Shown: piece after piece, positions 14,674-28,936 of the stretch | How the letters are laid out: the number at the start of each line of letters is the position of its first letter | How positions within the stretch are numbered: position 1 is the stretch's first letter | Origin: Octopus vulgaris | Lineage: Eukaryota | Length of the DNA: 64,000 bases | Reading direction: 5' to 3' | Assembly (NCBI GenBank): GCA_951406725.2 | Contig: OX597824.1 | Location: forward strand, 98,084,001 to 98,148,000 | The notes under the pieces: generated by a model | What the model saw: only the letters and a program-made list of their open reading frames with translations | Database searches by the model: none | What the model was told of the DNA's origin: nothing | Translations under genes and position numbers: made by a program

Positions 14674-15426
14674 AAAAATGAGCCAAACACCCTGACAGAC
14701 ACCACTAATCACTTTTTAATTAATTAATTTATTAATTTATTAATTTTCACATGGTAAAGGTTGGCCATAATACCAAAGTTTCGGCTTGTTCGCATTTATC
14801 TGACGAAGTTAAGAATGTTAGTTAATAAACGATACAAATTTCAAATATGCACTGAAAAGAATCCAGTGGGCCTTCGTTTTAACGTTCATTTGTTTTTATT
14901 ATAACTTGACATAAAAAAAAAACAACAACGCGTGCGTGTCTTATCTTAGGCCGTCTCATAGCCTAAAGGCCTTTATATATAAGTATATATGTCTGTATAC
15001 ACACCAACTACTCGTGTCGTTTTCCATTATGCCTTGTCCTTATTCTGTCGTCGTTTATCGCTTGTTTATGTTTTCCTCACCATCCGCTCACTTATTCCAG
15101 CAGCTTTTTACTGCTGATGCAGCAAAATTGAACAATCTCATTGATAATGACGCAAAATTGTAATGATTTTTGGCCGCTAATTGATGATGAGGGATGAACA
15201 TATCCCAATGTATCATGTGTGATTTTTCTGTGTTCCTTCTTTTTCGTCCATCTGTGCAATTATTTATTCATATATATATATAAGTTTAACAATTAAGGAT
15301 AATCTCTTAATAAGGGATCTTAACAAGAAATTATCGGGTAGTTAGCGTGAAAACCTCATAAAAGAAAAGAATTCGAAAATAATTTTTTTCTTTTGAACAA
15401 ATTAATTATATCTATATTGTATATAG

Positions 15427-15476
<50 letters not shown>

Positions 15477-15509
15477 TATTGCTAAAGTACAACACGGGTG
15501 TTTATGAAT

Positions 15510-15735
15510 GGAGCTGGCAGACACGTTAGCGCGCCGGGCGGAATGCTTAGCCGTATTTCGTCTGTCGTTACGTTCTGAGTTCAAATTCCGCCGAGGTCGA
15601 CTTTGCCTTTCATCCTTTCGGGGTCGATAAATAAAAGTACCAGTTTCGCACTGGGGTCGATGTAATCGACTTAATCCCTTTGTCTGTCCTTGTTTGTCCT
15701 CTCTATGTTTAGCCCCTTGTGGGCAATAAAGAAAT
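15510..15735 (+). mobile_element. tRNA-derived SINE, family B
   Basis: GAGCTGGCAGA..GTTAGC head, GAGTTCAAATTCC box B, GTCGACTTTGCCTTTCATCC core, tail GCCCCTTGTGGGCAATAAAGAAATA. Confidence 0.93.
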
Positions 15736-15959
15736 ATATATGTATACGGAAGTCGCATAAGTTTCATATTGTGTGTAACTTAAATTTTAAAAATGTGTGT
15801 GCGCGCCCTCATGTGTACGAGTACACACAGCGTTTATTTATTAACGTAGTAGGCATGCGCTAAATAGAAATAGTTGTATGACTTTCTTACGATTAGAAGT
15901 ATTTATCAATGAAGGCAAACATTTCGGATAAGGGGATAGTGTTGTAAATATATTCATTA

Positions 15960-16100
15960 TTTCTTACCGCCATTTAGGAATCTGAGTTAATGGAGTATAA
16001 AGTGTCCTGTCTAGAAAGAGAAAGACACGCCTACGGTAGGTTCGAACTCTCAACTTGGTAGTCCAACATCTTACTCTAGTAGCCTTTAAGGCCTCACTTT
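15960..16100 (-). mobile_element. Old tRNA-derived SINE relic
   Basis: Minus strand has GAGTTCGAACCT (box B) followed by GTGTCTTT..TAGACAGGACACTTTATACTC, resembling the family C core. Confidence 0.5.
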
Positions 16101-16959
16101 TCTCGATAAAAGTCTATTATGAACCACGTATTGGTTTTCTCATCTAATTAAATACCTCACCAAAAAGTCCCTATGCCCTGGAGGGCTTCATTTAAAGAGA
16201 AACTCCTCAAGCAGTCTCAAGTACGACTTATAATTTCTGATAATTTCTGATTACAGTAAATATGGCTGCAATGAGAACAAGTAAATAAAAAAAATATATC
16301 AACAAAATTGGAAGAATTGAAGTCAGCGAGTGGACAAAAGTTGATAATAACCTTTATTAAAAGAGTTCCATAAAGATACAGACTCTGCTAAAGAAGCGAT
16401 TTGCTGTCCCTTTACTGCAGTCCGGTCTCTGCTTGCGTAGCGTTTTGTATGGCGACGATTCGAATGAAAAACCCACTTTCTTAATTATGCTATCATCAGA
16501 CGAGGCTGGTAAGTTGGACAGGAAACTTGCAGAGTCTGAACAGACAGATAATGAATGTTTCACACAATCAAATCATCACTGATTTTCTTCCCCACAGACA
16601 AAACAATATATTTCCGATCTTTACAATATCCCAGCAGACGACTGCACAGAGTGTTACAGACGACACAATACTTGATTTACTGACGGCAACTTTGCCTTGG
16701 ACTCGGTTATCTTACTGAATAAAATGAATGTTTACACAGCAATCACAATGTTTTCTCAGATGGATCGCAGTCTTTTTAAGAAAGACAATATCTACTGTTA
16801 AAGATGAACATCTTGTTTACAATCGAATTTGGATTCTTCATCACGTGGTCGTTCGGACTTATTGCAGTTGCTGCAGCCTGGACGGATGTTGCTGCACTTC
16901 AAATGGACAGTCCCAAATATTTTATCAAATAAAATTGTGAATGAAACAACTCCCTACCT

Positions 16960-17890
16960 CCATTCTCCCTCTCCCTTACTCTCCCTCTCCCTTACTCTCC
17001 CTCTCCCTCCCTCTCCCTTACTCTCTCTCTCTTTCTCTCTGCATATATATATATATATATATATGTACTCATCACGCAAGCACTCACACACACGCATTAT
17101 ATACATGTTATATATTTATATGTACATTTATGTGTATGTGTGCATGCGTATATTTCCCTCTCTCTTCCGTCTCTTCTCTCTCTCTCTCTCTCCCTCCCTC
17201 TCTCTCTCCCCTTCTCTCTCTCCTTCTCTCTCTCCCTCTCTCTCTCTCTTTCCCCTATCTATTCCCAGAGTGAAACACTTCAACACCACCAAAATAACAA
17301 TAGCAGCAATTTCGTCAATGCAGAGTCTTCCCTTCACCTCCCACCATCACCACTACCACCGCAGCTAATACAGAGAGAAGGGAGGAGTAAAGTGGATAGA
17401 GAGATGGTGGGAGGTAAGGTGATAGTGAGAGATGGTGTGAGGTTGGAAGGGGTGGGAGGAGAAGGAGGAAGAAGAGGAGGCACAGAAAATTTAGGCTGTG
17501 GAGAGGTAGAACGTGGTAAAGAGGTTATGGTGAAGGCGATAGGGAGAGGTGGAGAGAGAAGGTGAATGAGAGAGGGAGGTAGAGAGACGGTGAGAGATAA
17601 ATGAAGTAGAGAGAAGGAGAGAGAGATAGTGGTGGGTCTGGGGTAGAATGGGTGACGGAAAAGTGAGAGAGAGAGAGAGAGAGAAGCTATAGAGGGAGCA
17701 GAGAAAAGGTATCGGGTAGAGAGACGAGGAGATGGTGGGAGGTTTAGAAAGAGAGGAGGGGAATAGAAGGAGAGAGAAAACGAAATACTTTCATAGAGAG
17801 AGAGAGAGATACGGAGAAGAGGGGGAGAGTCGATAGAGAAGGAGAAAGAGATATCGACATAAAAGAGGAAGAGAACAAAAGAGAAGGTGG
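16960..17890. repeat. Polypyrimidine (CT-rich) tract followed by polypurine (GA-rich) tract
   Basis: CT-rich at 16960-17260 and GA/GGA-rich at 17370-17890. Confidence 0.9.
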
Positions 17891-18072
17891 TGGTCGATGA
17901 CAAAACCCCTCCCCTCAAAATTCTTGGCCTTCTGCCCAACTCAGAAACCATTATTTTCGCAGCAATTGGCGAAGTTTGTAATTAATTTTCTTGTTGCTTT
18001 CTGGTAAATCCTCACAATCCTTTATCTCTGTATTGTCCTAAATTTATTTCTGGCCCTTGTGCCCAATAAAGA

Positions 18073-18114
<42 letters not shown>

Positions 18115-18480
18115 CATCATCCTCTTCGTCATGATCATCATCATCATTATGAGCTATTATAATACCACTTTAGAAGGGATGTTGTCTTGAGGTTTGGTGA
18201 CAACAAATCTTCTCAAATCTGAAGACTCTTTTGGCGGGATTCTTGCAGCATTGAGGTCGGTGCTTTTGCGCAGATCGACAATGCAAGCCTCAATGTCAAT
18301 CTCTTTCAGTCTTTTACGTAGGATCTTGGAATGGTTTGCCAAACGCACGAATTACCACAGGAACAACTGTCAGTTTAGTTTTCTGCGACAATTTCTTCAG
18401 TTTTTCGGTCCTGATGTTTCTCAATTTTCTCAACTTTTTTTTGTTTTAATATCCATCACGTGGTATTGCAAAGACTATGA
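18073..18480 (-). mobile_element. Decayed R4/Dong-type LINE 3' fragment abutting (TAA)n/(TGA)n
   Basis: Minus frames give LTVVPVVIRAFG and SKILRKRLKEIDIEACIVDLRKST.LNAARI. The triplet tract lies at 18073-18150. Confidence 0.7.
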
Positions 18481-18782
18481 TCATAAACTGTTTCTCTCTC
18501 TCTCTCTCTCTTGTTTTCTAATTAAATCTGGTCATCTTGAACCATATTACGGCGAGTCTTTATGGATATATCATCGTCGTCGTGGTCGTCGTCGTCATCG
18601 TTGTCATCATCATCATAAGGCTGAAACTTCTTGAAGAGTTACTTTGAATTTCACAGTTTCCGATTATTTAAACATTGAAGAATAGAAGAAGCGTTACCAA
18701 AATATAAACAAAAATATTTTTAAACATCAAAATATTCATTATTTACATTTGACAGATATTTGTCCTCATCTTGTTTGTTGTT

Positions 18783-18828
18783 AACATAACGTTTCGCCTG
18801 ATATACCCTTCAGCCTTCATCAGGTGTC
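18783..18828 (-). ncRNA. Minimal type I hammerhead ribozyme motif
   Basis: GACAC-CTGATGA-a-GGCTG-aagggtatat-CAGGC-GAAA-cg-TT-ATGTT. Full core and AACGTT palindrome, with one mismatch each in stems I and II. Confidence 0.75.
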
Positions 18829-18902
18829 TTGCGGAAATTTCGAACATAGGTTCTCATTCGTAAGGTATTTTTCGATGTTGTTGCTGTTATTATAATTATT
18901 AT

Positions 18903-18980
18903 TCAGGTCACTGAATGGAATCGAACTCGGAATCTTGGGGTTAGTAGCCCACCCTATTAACCACTATGCCATATGCCCGT
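18903..18980 (-). other. tRNA-like Pol III promoter cassette (not a functional tRNA)
   Basis: GGGCATATGGCATAGTGGTTAA (box A), GGGCTACTAACCCC (anticodon-arm-like), GAGTTCGATTCC (box B). Acceptor stem imperfect. Confidence 0.65.
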
Positions 18981-19846
18981 GAGCAATTATGGAGTGAATT
19001 TTAGGGCTTATAAATCTAATATTTTCCTATCCTTCCTCAATACCGGTTCCCATATGCTGTTCATATCTGCACTCGGTCTGCTTAGGAGGTTGTTGTATCC
19101 TAGCATATGTGCTGCTTCTTTTAGTTTTCGTATTTTCCAGTGGTGTTCTCTGTCTATTATTTTAACTTGATCCCACAGGGGGAGGTGGTCTCCATTTTTC
19201 CATCATGATCAGCTATACCCGATTTATCAATATCTCCTCGTGTCAAAGCTTTGCGATATTATTGATCATAGGTTTTGGTTAGAAAAAAACCTGTTATAAA
19301 TGCGTCGCACATTCATTTTTTCAAGTGTTATGTACAAATACGTGGTATACTTGCCTATATTTACGCAGGGACGCGTTATATATTCAAAACATCAGTATCA
19401 TATCTCTAAAACACACTAAATCAAGGAAAGTGGTATTTGTTGCAGCAATTTTATTTTTCTTTCATTTGGGACTCTATCTCAGAATGTGCCAAATTCATTA
19501 TGAGGAGAAACATTGAAACTTAGAAGCAGAACTTCACAAGTTCCATTACCAATTTTAATACCAGAACCCTGATCCTAAATGACATAGTCCTTTCTAAAGT
19601 CTTTCGAAATTTTAGTCTACATTGGCATCGACGCTCATAGATCTGACATTAGCAGTCCTGAAGATTCTTTTAAAACAAGATATCCTCAACGTAACCACAT
19701 CGTTAACTTACCTGAAAGTAGATATGATACAACATTGTCTAAATATAATTATTCTTTGGAAGAAACAAGGGGAGCAGATTTTTTAAAAATCAATGGACGA
19801 ACGAATCTAGTTCATACGAAGCTTCCCATGCATTGGAGTTCTTGCT

Positions 19847-19849
<3 letters not shown>

Positions 19850-19932
<83 letters not shown>
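19850..19932. repeat. (CT)n microsatellite
   Basis: Directly visible. Confidence 0.98.
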
Positions 19933-19935
<3 letters not shown>

Positions 19936-21460
19936 AATTTTGTTTAAATAAGATGCAGACGGTAATTTCATTTCGAAATGCCAAGGTTGTCATGAGCAAC
20001 CAGAGATGTCTGACTTTTGAAAACACTCCACAAAGTTTCATCCTCACCAGTTTTTCTGCTTTTTTGTGTGTGGCAGCCGGAGGGAGGGTTCTATTCTTGG
20101 ATTTTCCGCTTCGTTTACTCTTAAATTCTAGTCTTTTTCTTTTTATCCCAATTCTCTTTTTGTTTCCCGCTTCTCCCAAAACCTGCATTTATAACAACTT
20201 TCAGTCCTTCGTCCTTCTAAAATTCCCTACTTATAGAAAGTATACAAAAAGAACATTGACCTTCGCACGTCCCCCTGGTGCCATAAGGCCTGTGGAGGCT
20301 ATGGACTCACTCCTTACTTCCAGGTCAAAAAAAAATTTTTTGATACCCCCCCCCCCCAAATGATAACACTGTTTAAGATGTTTCCACTTTAACACATACT
20401 GCACGAGTACAGATAATTATAGATACACCCAGTGTATAACTGGTACTTCTTTAAGATAGATACAATGTCTGAAAGTAAGACATTACTTCATGGCCGCATT
20501 GCCTTACATCATAGTTTTACTGCTTGACCAATGTTGGGGTAGAGAAAGCAACAACAGCAACAACAACACCTAATCAAACAGAATTTTCCTCGTTTTCGCA
20601 GTCACCAACTGAACTACATAATTTGCATATTTGCACACACCCCTCTCCACTTCTGCTAATTATCATAATATATGAATCTACTTTGAATAATGATGAAAGT
20701 TCAAATAATTCCAAACATTCCTTTGTGATTTGAAGATGACCCCGTTTCGGAGGGGAGGATGGGGCGGTAACGGGGCGGAGGAGGAGGAGGAGGAGGAGAA
20801 GGAAGAAGAAGAAGAAGAAGAAGAAGAAGAAGAAGAAGAAGAAGAAGAAGCGCTAAGAAGCTAAAATCGATAATGATAATAATTTGCTATTTTTTAAAAA
20901 ATATATATAAAAATATATTTCAATAAATGAAAACATAATAATGGAATCATTAACGGAAAGAGAAAACAATATGGCGGAAATGAAGAGAAAGAATCGGTTT
21001 GGGTATTTTATTGTATTTTGCGGTGAGTTGGCTTTTGTTGTGGGGCGGAGGGTATTTAATCTGGGTGGATGGATCGGGTATGTGATATTTAAAGTTTAAC
21101 TGATGCGTTATGATGGAAAATTGAGCCAAAGAAAATGTGATATATTGGTTTGGATGTCTGTCTGTGTGTCAGAGTGTGTTTATATTGTGATCTGAATGGG
21201 TTTAATGGAAGAATAAAGAGGAGGAAGGGTGGCGGTGGTGGTGGTGGGGGAGGAAGGGCAGAAGGGGAAGAGAAAATGCAACCGAAGACAAGTTTAGAAA
21301 GTCAAACAGTCACTCTGGCATCGACAACAACAACAACAAGAATAGCAGACACTTCAATATCAACATCGAAAGACGTAAAAGCCTAGAGATGACTGTTAAG
21401 TTTTCACACACGTACACACACACACACACACACACGCGCGCGCGCATAAGAAACTGCACC

Positions 21461-21803
21461 GGTATTATAGTCGACTTTGCCTTTCATCCTTTCGGGGTCA
21501 ATAAATTAAATACCAGTTACGCACTGGGGTCGATGTAATATACTTAATCCCTTTGTCTGTCCTTGTTAGTCCCCTCCATGTTTAGCCCCTTGTGGGTAAT
21601 AAAAAAATAGGTATTTCGTCTGCTGTTACGTTCTGAGTTCAAATTCCGCCGAGGTCGATTTTGCCTTTCATCCTCTCGGGGTCAATAAATTAAGTATCAG
21701 TTACGCACTGGGTTCGATGTAATCGATTTAATCCCTTTGTCTGTCCTTGTTTGTCCCCTCCATGTTTAGCCCCTTGTGGGTAATAAAGAAATAGGTATTA
21801 TAG
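21461..21803 (+). mobile_element. 5'-truncated tandem multimer of SINE family B with 10-bp target-site duplication
   Basis: Partial unit 21471-21610 plus unit 21611-21794. GGTATTATAG occurs at 21461-21470 and 21794-21803. Confidence 0.9.
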
Positions 21804-21954
21804 CTGGGTTACAATTCCAGCGGTTACTAATCGGTGCAGTTGAAACATGTGTAGGTCTGTTACACAGCTGTAAAAATATTACAAATAATAAAAGTAATGC
21901 GATGCAACTTCGTAATAATCCTTATTATTACTATTACTAAAAAATAAATAAATG

Positions 21955-22187
21955 CACCCTTTTAAAGCCTAGCCAGGCTCATGGGCCCAGTTTCCCGGTT
22001 TCTATGGCGTTTGTGTACCTCAGCTGGACGGGACGCCAGTCCATCGCAGCGTTACTCATTTTTGCCAGCTGAGTGGACTGGAGCAACGAGAAATGAAGTG
22101 TTTTGCGCAAGAACACAACGCGTCGCCCGGTCCAGGAATCGAAACCACAATCTTACGATCATGATGCTGACACCCTAACCACTAAGC
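21955..22187 (-). mobile_element. tRNA-derived SINE, family C
   Basis: Minus strand reads CTTAGTGGTTAGGGTGTCAGCATCATGATCGTAAGATTGTGGTTTCGATTCCTGG..GTGTTCTTGCGCAAAACACTTCATTTC..CCAGTCCACTCAGCTGGC; same family as 40017-40300. Confidence 0.88.
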
Positions 22188-22194
22188 ATGAATC

Positions 22195-22430
22195 TTTTAT
22201 CTTTTACATATTTCAGTCATTTGATTGCGGCCATGCTAGAGCACCATCCGTAAGAATTTTAGCCGACCCCTGAACTTATTTTTAAATTCTGCTACTTATT
22301 CTATCGATTTCTTTTGCCGACGCACTAAGTTACAGGGACGCAAGCACACCAACACCGGTTGTCAAGTGATGGAGATCATAAGCACAGACAGAAAAGCGCG
22401 GGCACACACACACACACACACACACATGTA
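22195..22430 (-). mobile_element. SINE family A, 3' half
   Basis: Reverse-complement match to 14470-14673. Confidence 0.85.
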
Positions 22431-22438
22431 TATATATA

Positions 22439-22660
22439 AGGTGGTGAGCTGGCAGAAACGATAGCACGCTGGACGAAGTACCTAGCGGTATTTTGTCTGC
22501 CCTTACGTTCTGAGTTCAAATTCCGCCGAAGTCGACTTTGCCTTTCATCCTTTCGGGGTCGATGAAATAAGTACCAGTTAAGCACTGGGATCAAAGTAAT
22601 CGACTAAATCCCTTTGTTTGTCCCCTCTATGTTTAGCCCCCTATGGGCAATAAAGAAATA
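22439..22660 (+). mobile_element. SINE family B adjoining the internal microsatellite of the family A copy
   Basis: Full head-to-tail match to 15510-15735; flanked by (TA)n on both sides. Confidence 0.9.
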
Positions 22661-22667
22661 TATATTC

Positions 22668-22702
<35 letters not shown>

Positions 22703-22801
22703 AAGGAGAGAGAGAGTACCAGTTAAGTAATGGGGTTAACAGAATCAAATATGCAGCACCAAAATTATTTCTGGTTTTATGCCCACATAAGAAATTAGTA
22801 A

Positions 22802-22841
<40 letters not shown>

Positions 22842-22950
22842 GGTGGTGATGTTTGCATCAGATATTTTTCCCTGGCTTATTGTTTCCCAGGGTGGAAATT
22901 TAATCTTTTCCGTTATCATCATCATCATCATCATTATCATCATCATCATC

Positions 22951-23001
<51 letters not shown>

Positions 23002-23504
23002 CCTGAAGGTCAAATTTCAAGAAAGCCAAAACCAGGATGACGTTTGTTTCTTCGTGTTTATTGTTCCTGATGTTGTTGCTGGTGTTGTTGAAGTTGCTGG
23101 TTCTACAGTTTCCAGTGCCTTCTTGTTGTTCTTTTCCTCCTCTCTTCTTTCCTCCCTTTTCCCCTTCTTCTTCCTCTCCTCCCCCTTCCATGAGGTCACC
23201 GACATTTTTGAATTATTTTATTCCAAATCTATTTAGTTATTGAGATGGTACAATTAGAGTGGTTCGGTGTCCATTTCAGGAATGTTCTACAAGAGACTGC
23301 CACCGAGTCCTTTCCACACACACACACACACACACACACCATATTGGTCTTCCAAATATTATGTCTCTATAATTCTTCGTTACAACTTGTTTGTTCTCGA
23401 CTTATTTTGATTTATTTTTTGTTTGTTTTTTGTTTCTTTCGTACTCACAGACAGGGGTAGGTATCGACATACAAACATGCATACATACATACAAACATGC
23501 AGAC

Positions 23505-23760
<256 letters not shown>

Positions 23761-23809
23761 CATTATTTATACGTATATCTATCTATATATATATAATTAC
23801 ATTGGTGAA

Positions 23810-24049
23810 AGAACTTTTTATTCGCCCATTCCCTTCCGGTCATTTCAAACTGTAACCGTGTGCGTATCGTTGGCGATTTTCTTCCTCCCTCTTCCCTTCC
23901 TTTGGACTTTCCTCTATTTCGGAAAAAGAGCTTGGCTCGAAACGTCGAATCCTCTTTCCTTCCTTTCCCGAGCGTCTGACAATGCAGAACTTGTACCACG
24001 CCCTAGCGTTACTGCTTTTTCTTGTTTGTTCTTCTTTGTTTGGATTCAC

Positions 24050-24050
<1 letters not shown>
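23810..24050 (+). mobile_element. Penelope-like terminal-repeat relic with decayed hammerhead
   Basis: CGGAAAA-a-GAGC-ttg-GCTC-GAAA-cg-TC at about 23920-23947 (first core half mutated). The 3' part resembles reverse-complement pieces at 27262-27338, 40640-40870 and 58935-59015. Confidence 0.55.
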
Positions 24051-24547
<497 letters not shown>

Positions 24548-24611
24548 TTCGCTTTTGTATTTGGTTTGCAAAATCCTTGATGATGGGGAAAACACACACA
24601 CATATATATAT

Positions 24612-24742
24612 ATGTCGGGCTTCTTTCAGTTTCCGTCTACGAAATCCACTCAAAGCTTTGATCGGTCTGAGGCTATAGTAGACAAAATTTACCCAAGGTG
24701 CCACGCAGTGGAACTCAATCCTGAGCTATGTGGTTGGGAGCC
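24612..24742 (-). mobile_element. SINE family A, 5' half
   Basis: Reverse-complement match to 14310-14440. Confidence 0.8.
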
Positions 24743-24920
24743 TAAATTATGGATATAATTTTAATTTATTAAATAATTGTTTTGTATCACTTCATTAAAT
24801 GCAATGCCACCCCTCCCCACATAACTCTAACATCAATGTAGGTGTATTGCCTAAGCAAAAAACAAAAACATTCCTAAATATATTAGTGACTAATAGAGTG
24901 CAAGCCACGGGGAGATAACT

Positions 24921-24957
24921 CTAGATGTTTCAGCCTAGTTTGTGGCTCTTCAGCTGA
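24921..24957 (-). ncRNA. Hammerhead-like motif (decayed)
   Basis: Minus strand reads CTGAAGA-GCC-acaaacta-GGC-t-GAAA-ca-TC; stem I unsupported. Confidence 0.45.
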
Positions 24958-25182
24958 TGTAAAATCTCACCGTACTGCCTGACATGTTATGAATTGGATT
25001 AAGTCGTTTTCTAAATTTGACGAAAGGATTAGGAAAGTTCACTTTTAACATTGTTTGAACTCGTGACGTTGAGGGAATGAAGAATATTTAGCCTGAAACT
25101 CTGCCTTTTACATTTCCCCGCTGAGTATCTACAAGAGAGAGAGAGAGAGAGAGAGATGACAATACAAATATCCATTTAACTT

Positions 25183-25230
<48 letters not shown>

Positions 25231-26208
25231 TCCTCAATGACACACCAACAAACGATGACTGATATCGGATACTATAAAATGGGGATTTTAACAGATAAAA
25301 ATAATCGTTACAACCGGAAATCATTTTAAATATTTGTTTTACAAGTAACTGCGAAAAGATGGCGGAGTAGAGGAGGTGGGGGAGGAGAGGATGAGGAGGA
25401 AGAAGAGGAATAATTCTTAGTTTCTTCCTTTATCCTTTTTCTTTCTACAGAAACCATTTCCTTCTTCCTCTCCCTTCTCTCTCTCTCCCTCTCCCCCGTT
25501 TCTATTTCTCTTGCTTTCTCTCTCTCTCTCTTTCTCTGCATCTTCGCGACGCTGCCACCGTCCGTTCCTTCCTCTTCTGTCTCGGCTCGTTCCTTCCTCT
25601 TCTGTCTATTTCCGTCTCACTCCTTTTCCTCTCTTTCTCAAACCTGACCCTATTGTTAATGTCGAAGCTGCTCTGACCATTTCTCTGTGTCTGGTAGCAT
25701 CGCTACAAAATGGTAAATTAAATGCCCAAGAAAAAATCCTGGACTAATCCGTTCGATTCACACCTCCAAAACCCCTTCCCACCCACCCACCCTCATTCAC
25801 CCAAATTCAAAGCTCAGCAACGACCGCACGATTCACATTTTCTGCATTCTTCGAGGAATTTTTTTGTTGATTTTCCTTTGTTTTGTTCTTCCAATAAATA
25901 TTATCAAATTTAAAGCCGCGTTCCTGATATGACCATCTTGTTTGGTCGGATCGTTCCTTTATTAGAAAGAAAACTTTTATTATATTCGTCGTTTTTTGTT
26001 TATAGTTATAGTTTTCTAAAAGTTACCTTTACTCAAACATTCTCAAACAGATTATTTAGCAGATGGACCATTAAATGAGATAATCCTCTAATCCGCCAGA
26101 TAAACTATGTCATTACGAGATTAGGATTAATTAACTAAACAAATTATATACCTTAGTGAATTATATACCTTAAAGGTGGAAAAATCTGCTGTGTAAGAAC
26201 GTGTGTAC

Positions 26209-26279
<71 letters not shown>

Positions 26280-26612
26280 AGCTCCTGTCAAGCTCAAACA
26301 AGTGCAACGGGCTGATAACAGAGCTAATCAAAGCCGGGTTGGATTCGTTATTTTTTCTCTTTACCTGCGTGAGTTGTTGAGTTTTGCTTTCTGGGAGATA
26401 TCTTATGGTAGTAGAATAGTATTTTAACTGCTATTTCTAAATTTCGGTATGTGGTGAAGCAAATTTTGCTGAATCCTAATTATAATTAAGCTCATAATTA
26501 TAGAATGTTTGTATAAGTTTACCGATAATGGTTCTTTTAACATAGCGAACTACTTGGTAAAATTATTAATTATTAATTCATTAATTAATTTTATCCCTTA
26601 TTATTATTGATA

Positions 26613-26665
<53 letters not shown>

Positions 26666-26752
26666 CTGGAAGCAATATCCACGTTAGGGATTGTTAAAAA
26701 CAATCCCGATGCGAACTGGGTTTGACCAAATATATTGATAGGAAGATCACCA

Positions 26753-26786
<34 letters not shown>

Positions 26787-27364
26787 ATAAACAGTCTCAT
26801 AAAATTAAAAAGTCAATAAAAGGGAGAAATTAAAAATATATTTGGGTTTTTTTTTATTTGTATCGCAATTAGAAAGCGATGCAAATTAAAAGATGACAAA
26901 ATATAGCTACAAGAGTACAAAAGTTATTTCGTAACCCGAGACTAAAATACTCTTATTTTTCCTGAAGAGATCCAACAATCTACAGATTATTGCATCTTTG
27001 AAAGATATTGTTATTGGGGATTCTTAAACATTGTTATATTGGAACATATATATATGTATGTAGAATATCTTTTTTCTTTTTTGGGGGGTGGGGGATATTT
27101 TGAGGTTATTTTGTTGGTTGAGGCGGTTCCTTTTACACTCTTACAGGTTTATTTTTTTCATCTTTTAATTTGAATTACTTTTCCAATTGTAATACAAATT
27201 AAACAACCGAGCGTCCTTTTAATTTTTCTTCTCCATTTTCTTTTATAATTTTATATATAACGGAAAGGTTTACGAAAATAAACAAAAGACGAAGGCAGGT
27301 GGAGTACAAACAAGCAAATGTATTAGTAAGGCGCTCAGATTTTTAATAGAATCAGGTGTTTTGA

Positions 27365-27610
27365 AGTTGAGAATGTTTTTCTTAGGGTGTGGCAGTGCCA
27401 GTGAGAAGAGTGTTTTTTGTAGTTTTGATACTTTGGGGTATTCCTGGTATTTGACCATAGTGTTGGAGATCGTCTTTTGGCATTGATCCCAAAGCTTCGA
27501 TGGTTACTCACCTTGAGACTTCTATTTCAAATTCCTTATATTTATTTAAATTCAAATAATTTTACAGATGAGTTGAAGTCTGCTGGGATTGACATATCTA
27601 TGGGCAGACA
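27365..27610 (-). mobile_element. Decayed R4/Dong-type LINE endonuclease fragment
   Basis: Minus frames give CLPIDMSIPADFNSSVKLFE..NKYKEFEIEVSR..TIEALG..QIPGIP..LLTGTA, resembling the RLE motif IDxxxPxD..KxxKYxxLxxE. Confidence 0.75.
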
Positions 27611-28065
27611 TATGTTGCCATGGTTTTATCACCATCATCGTCGTCGTCATCATCATCATCATCATCGTACCATCAGCAGCAGCAGCTGCATTCTCATCAC
27701 CACTATTATCAACATCATCATCATCATCAATATAATCCTTTCCTCGACAAAAGATGACTTTTACTACCCTATCTCAAGATAAACAATAACTTTGACCCCT
27801 AATCTCCCTACTTAAGGGACACATCAGTTTCCCCCACCCCATTAACAATGTCTTCTTTCTTCATTTAAGGCCCTTATAATCCCAGATTGTTACTGAGTTG
27901 GTGAGGGACGAGTCTGTAATTCAAATATAAAACAGCTCTGGCTGACACCCAAACACACACACGCACACAAATTGATGTATCTACATCCGTACATACATAT
28001 TCATACAAGCATATATATGTGCGTGTGTGCGTATTTATGCATACATATGCACGTAAGCATTTGCG

Positions 28066-28822
<757 letters not shown>

Positions 28823-28903
28823 AGGGCGGTGCCCCAGCATGGCCTCAGCCGGATGGCTGAAACAAGTAAAAGAGTAAAAGAGTATATATATATATGTGTG
28901 TGT

Positions 28904-28936
<33 letters not shown>

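Larger units (their letters stand above)
18745..19260 (-). mobile_element. Penelope-like element 3' end (GIY-YIG C-terminus, tRNA-like cassette, hammerhead)
   Basis: Minus strand 19255-19025 encodes RKALTRGDIDKSGIADH..DHLPLWDQVKIIDREHHWKIRKLKEAAHMLGYNNLLSRPS, typical of the Penelope GIY-YIG C-terminus, followed by a non-coding terminal region. Confidence 0.88.
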
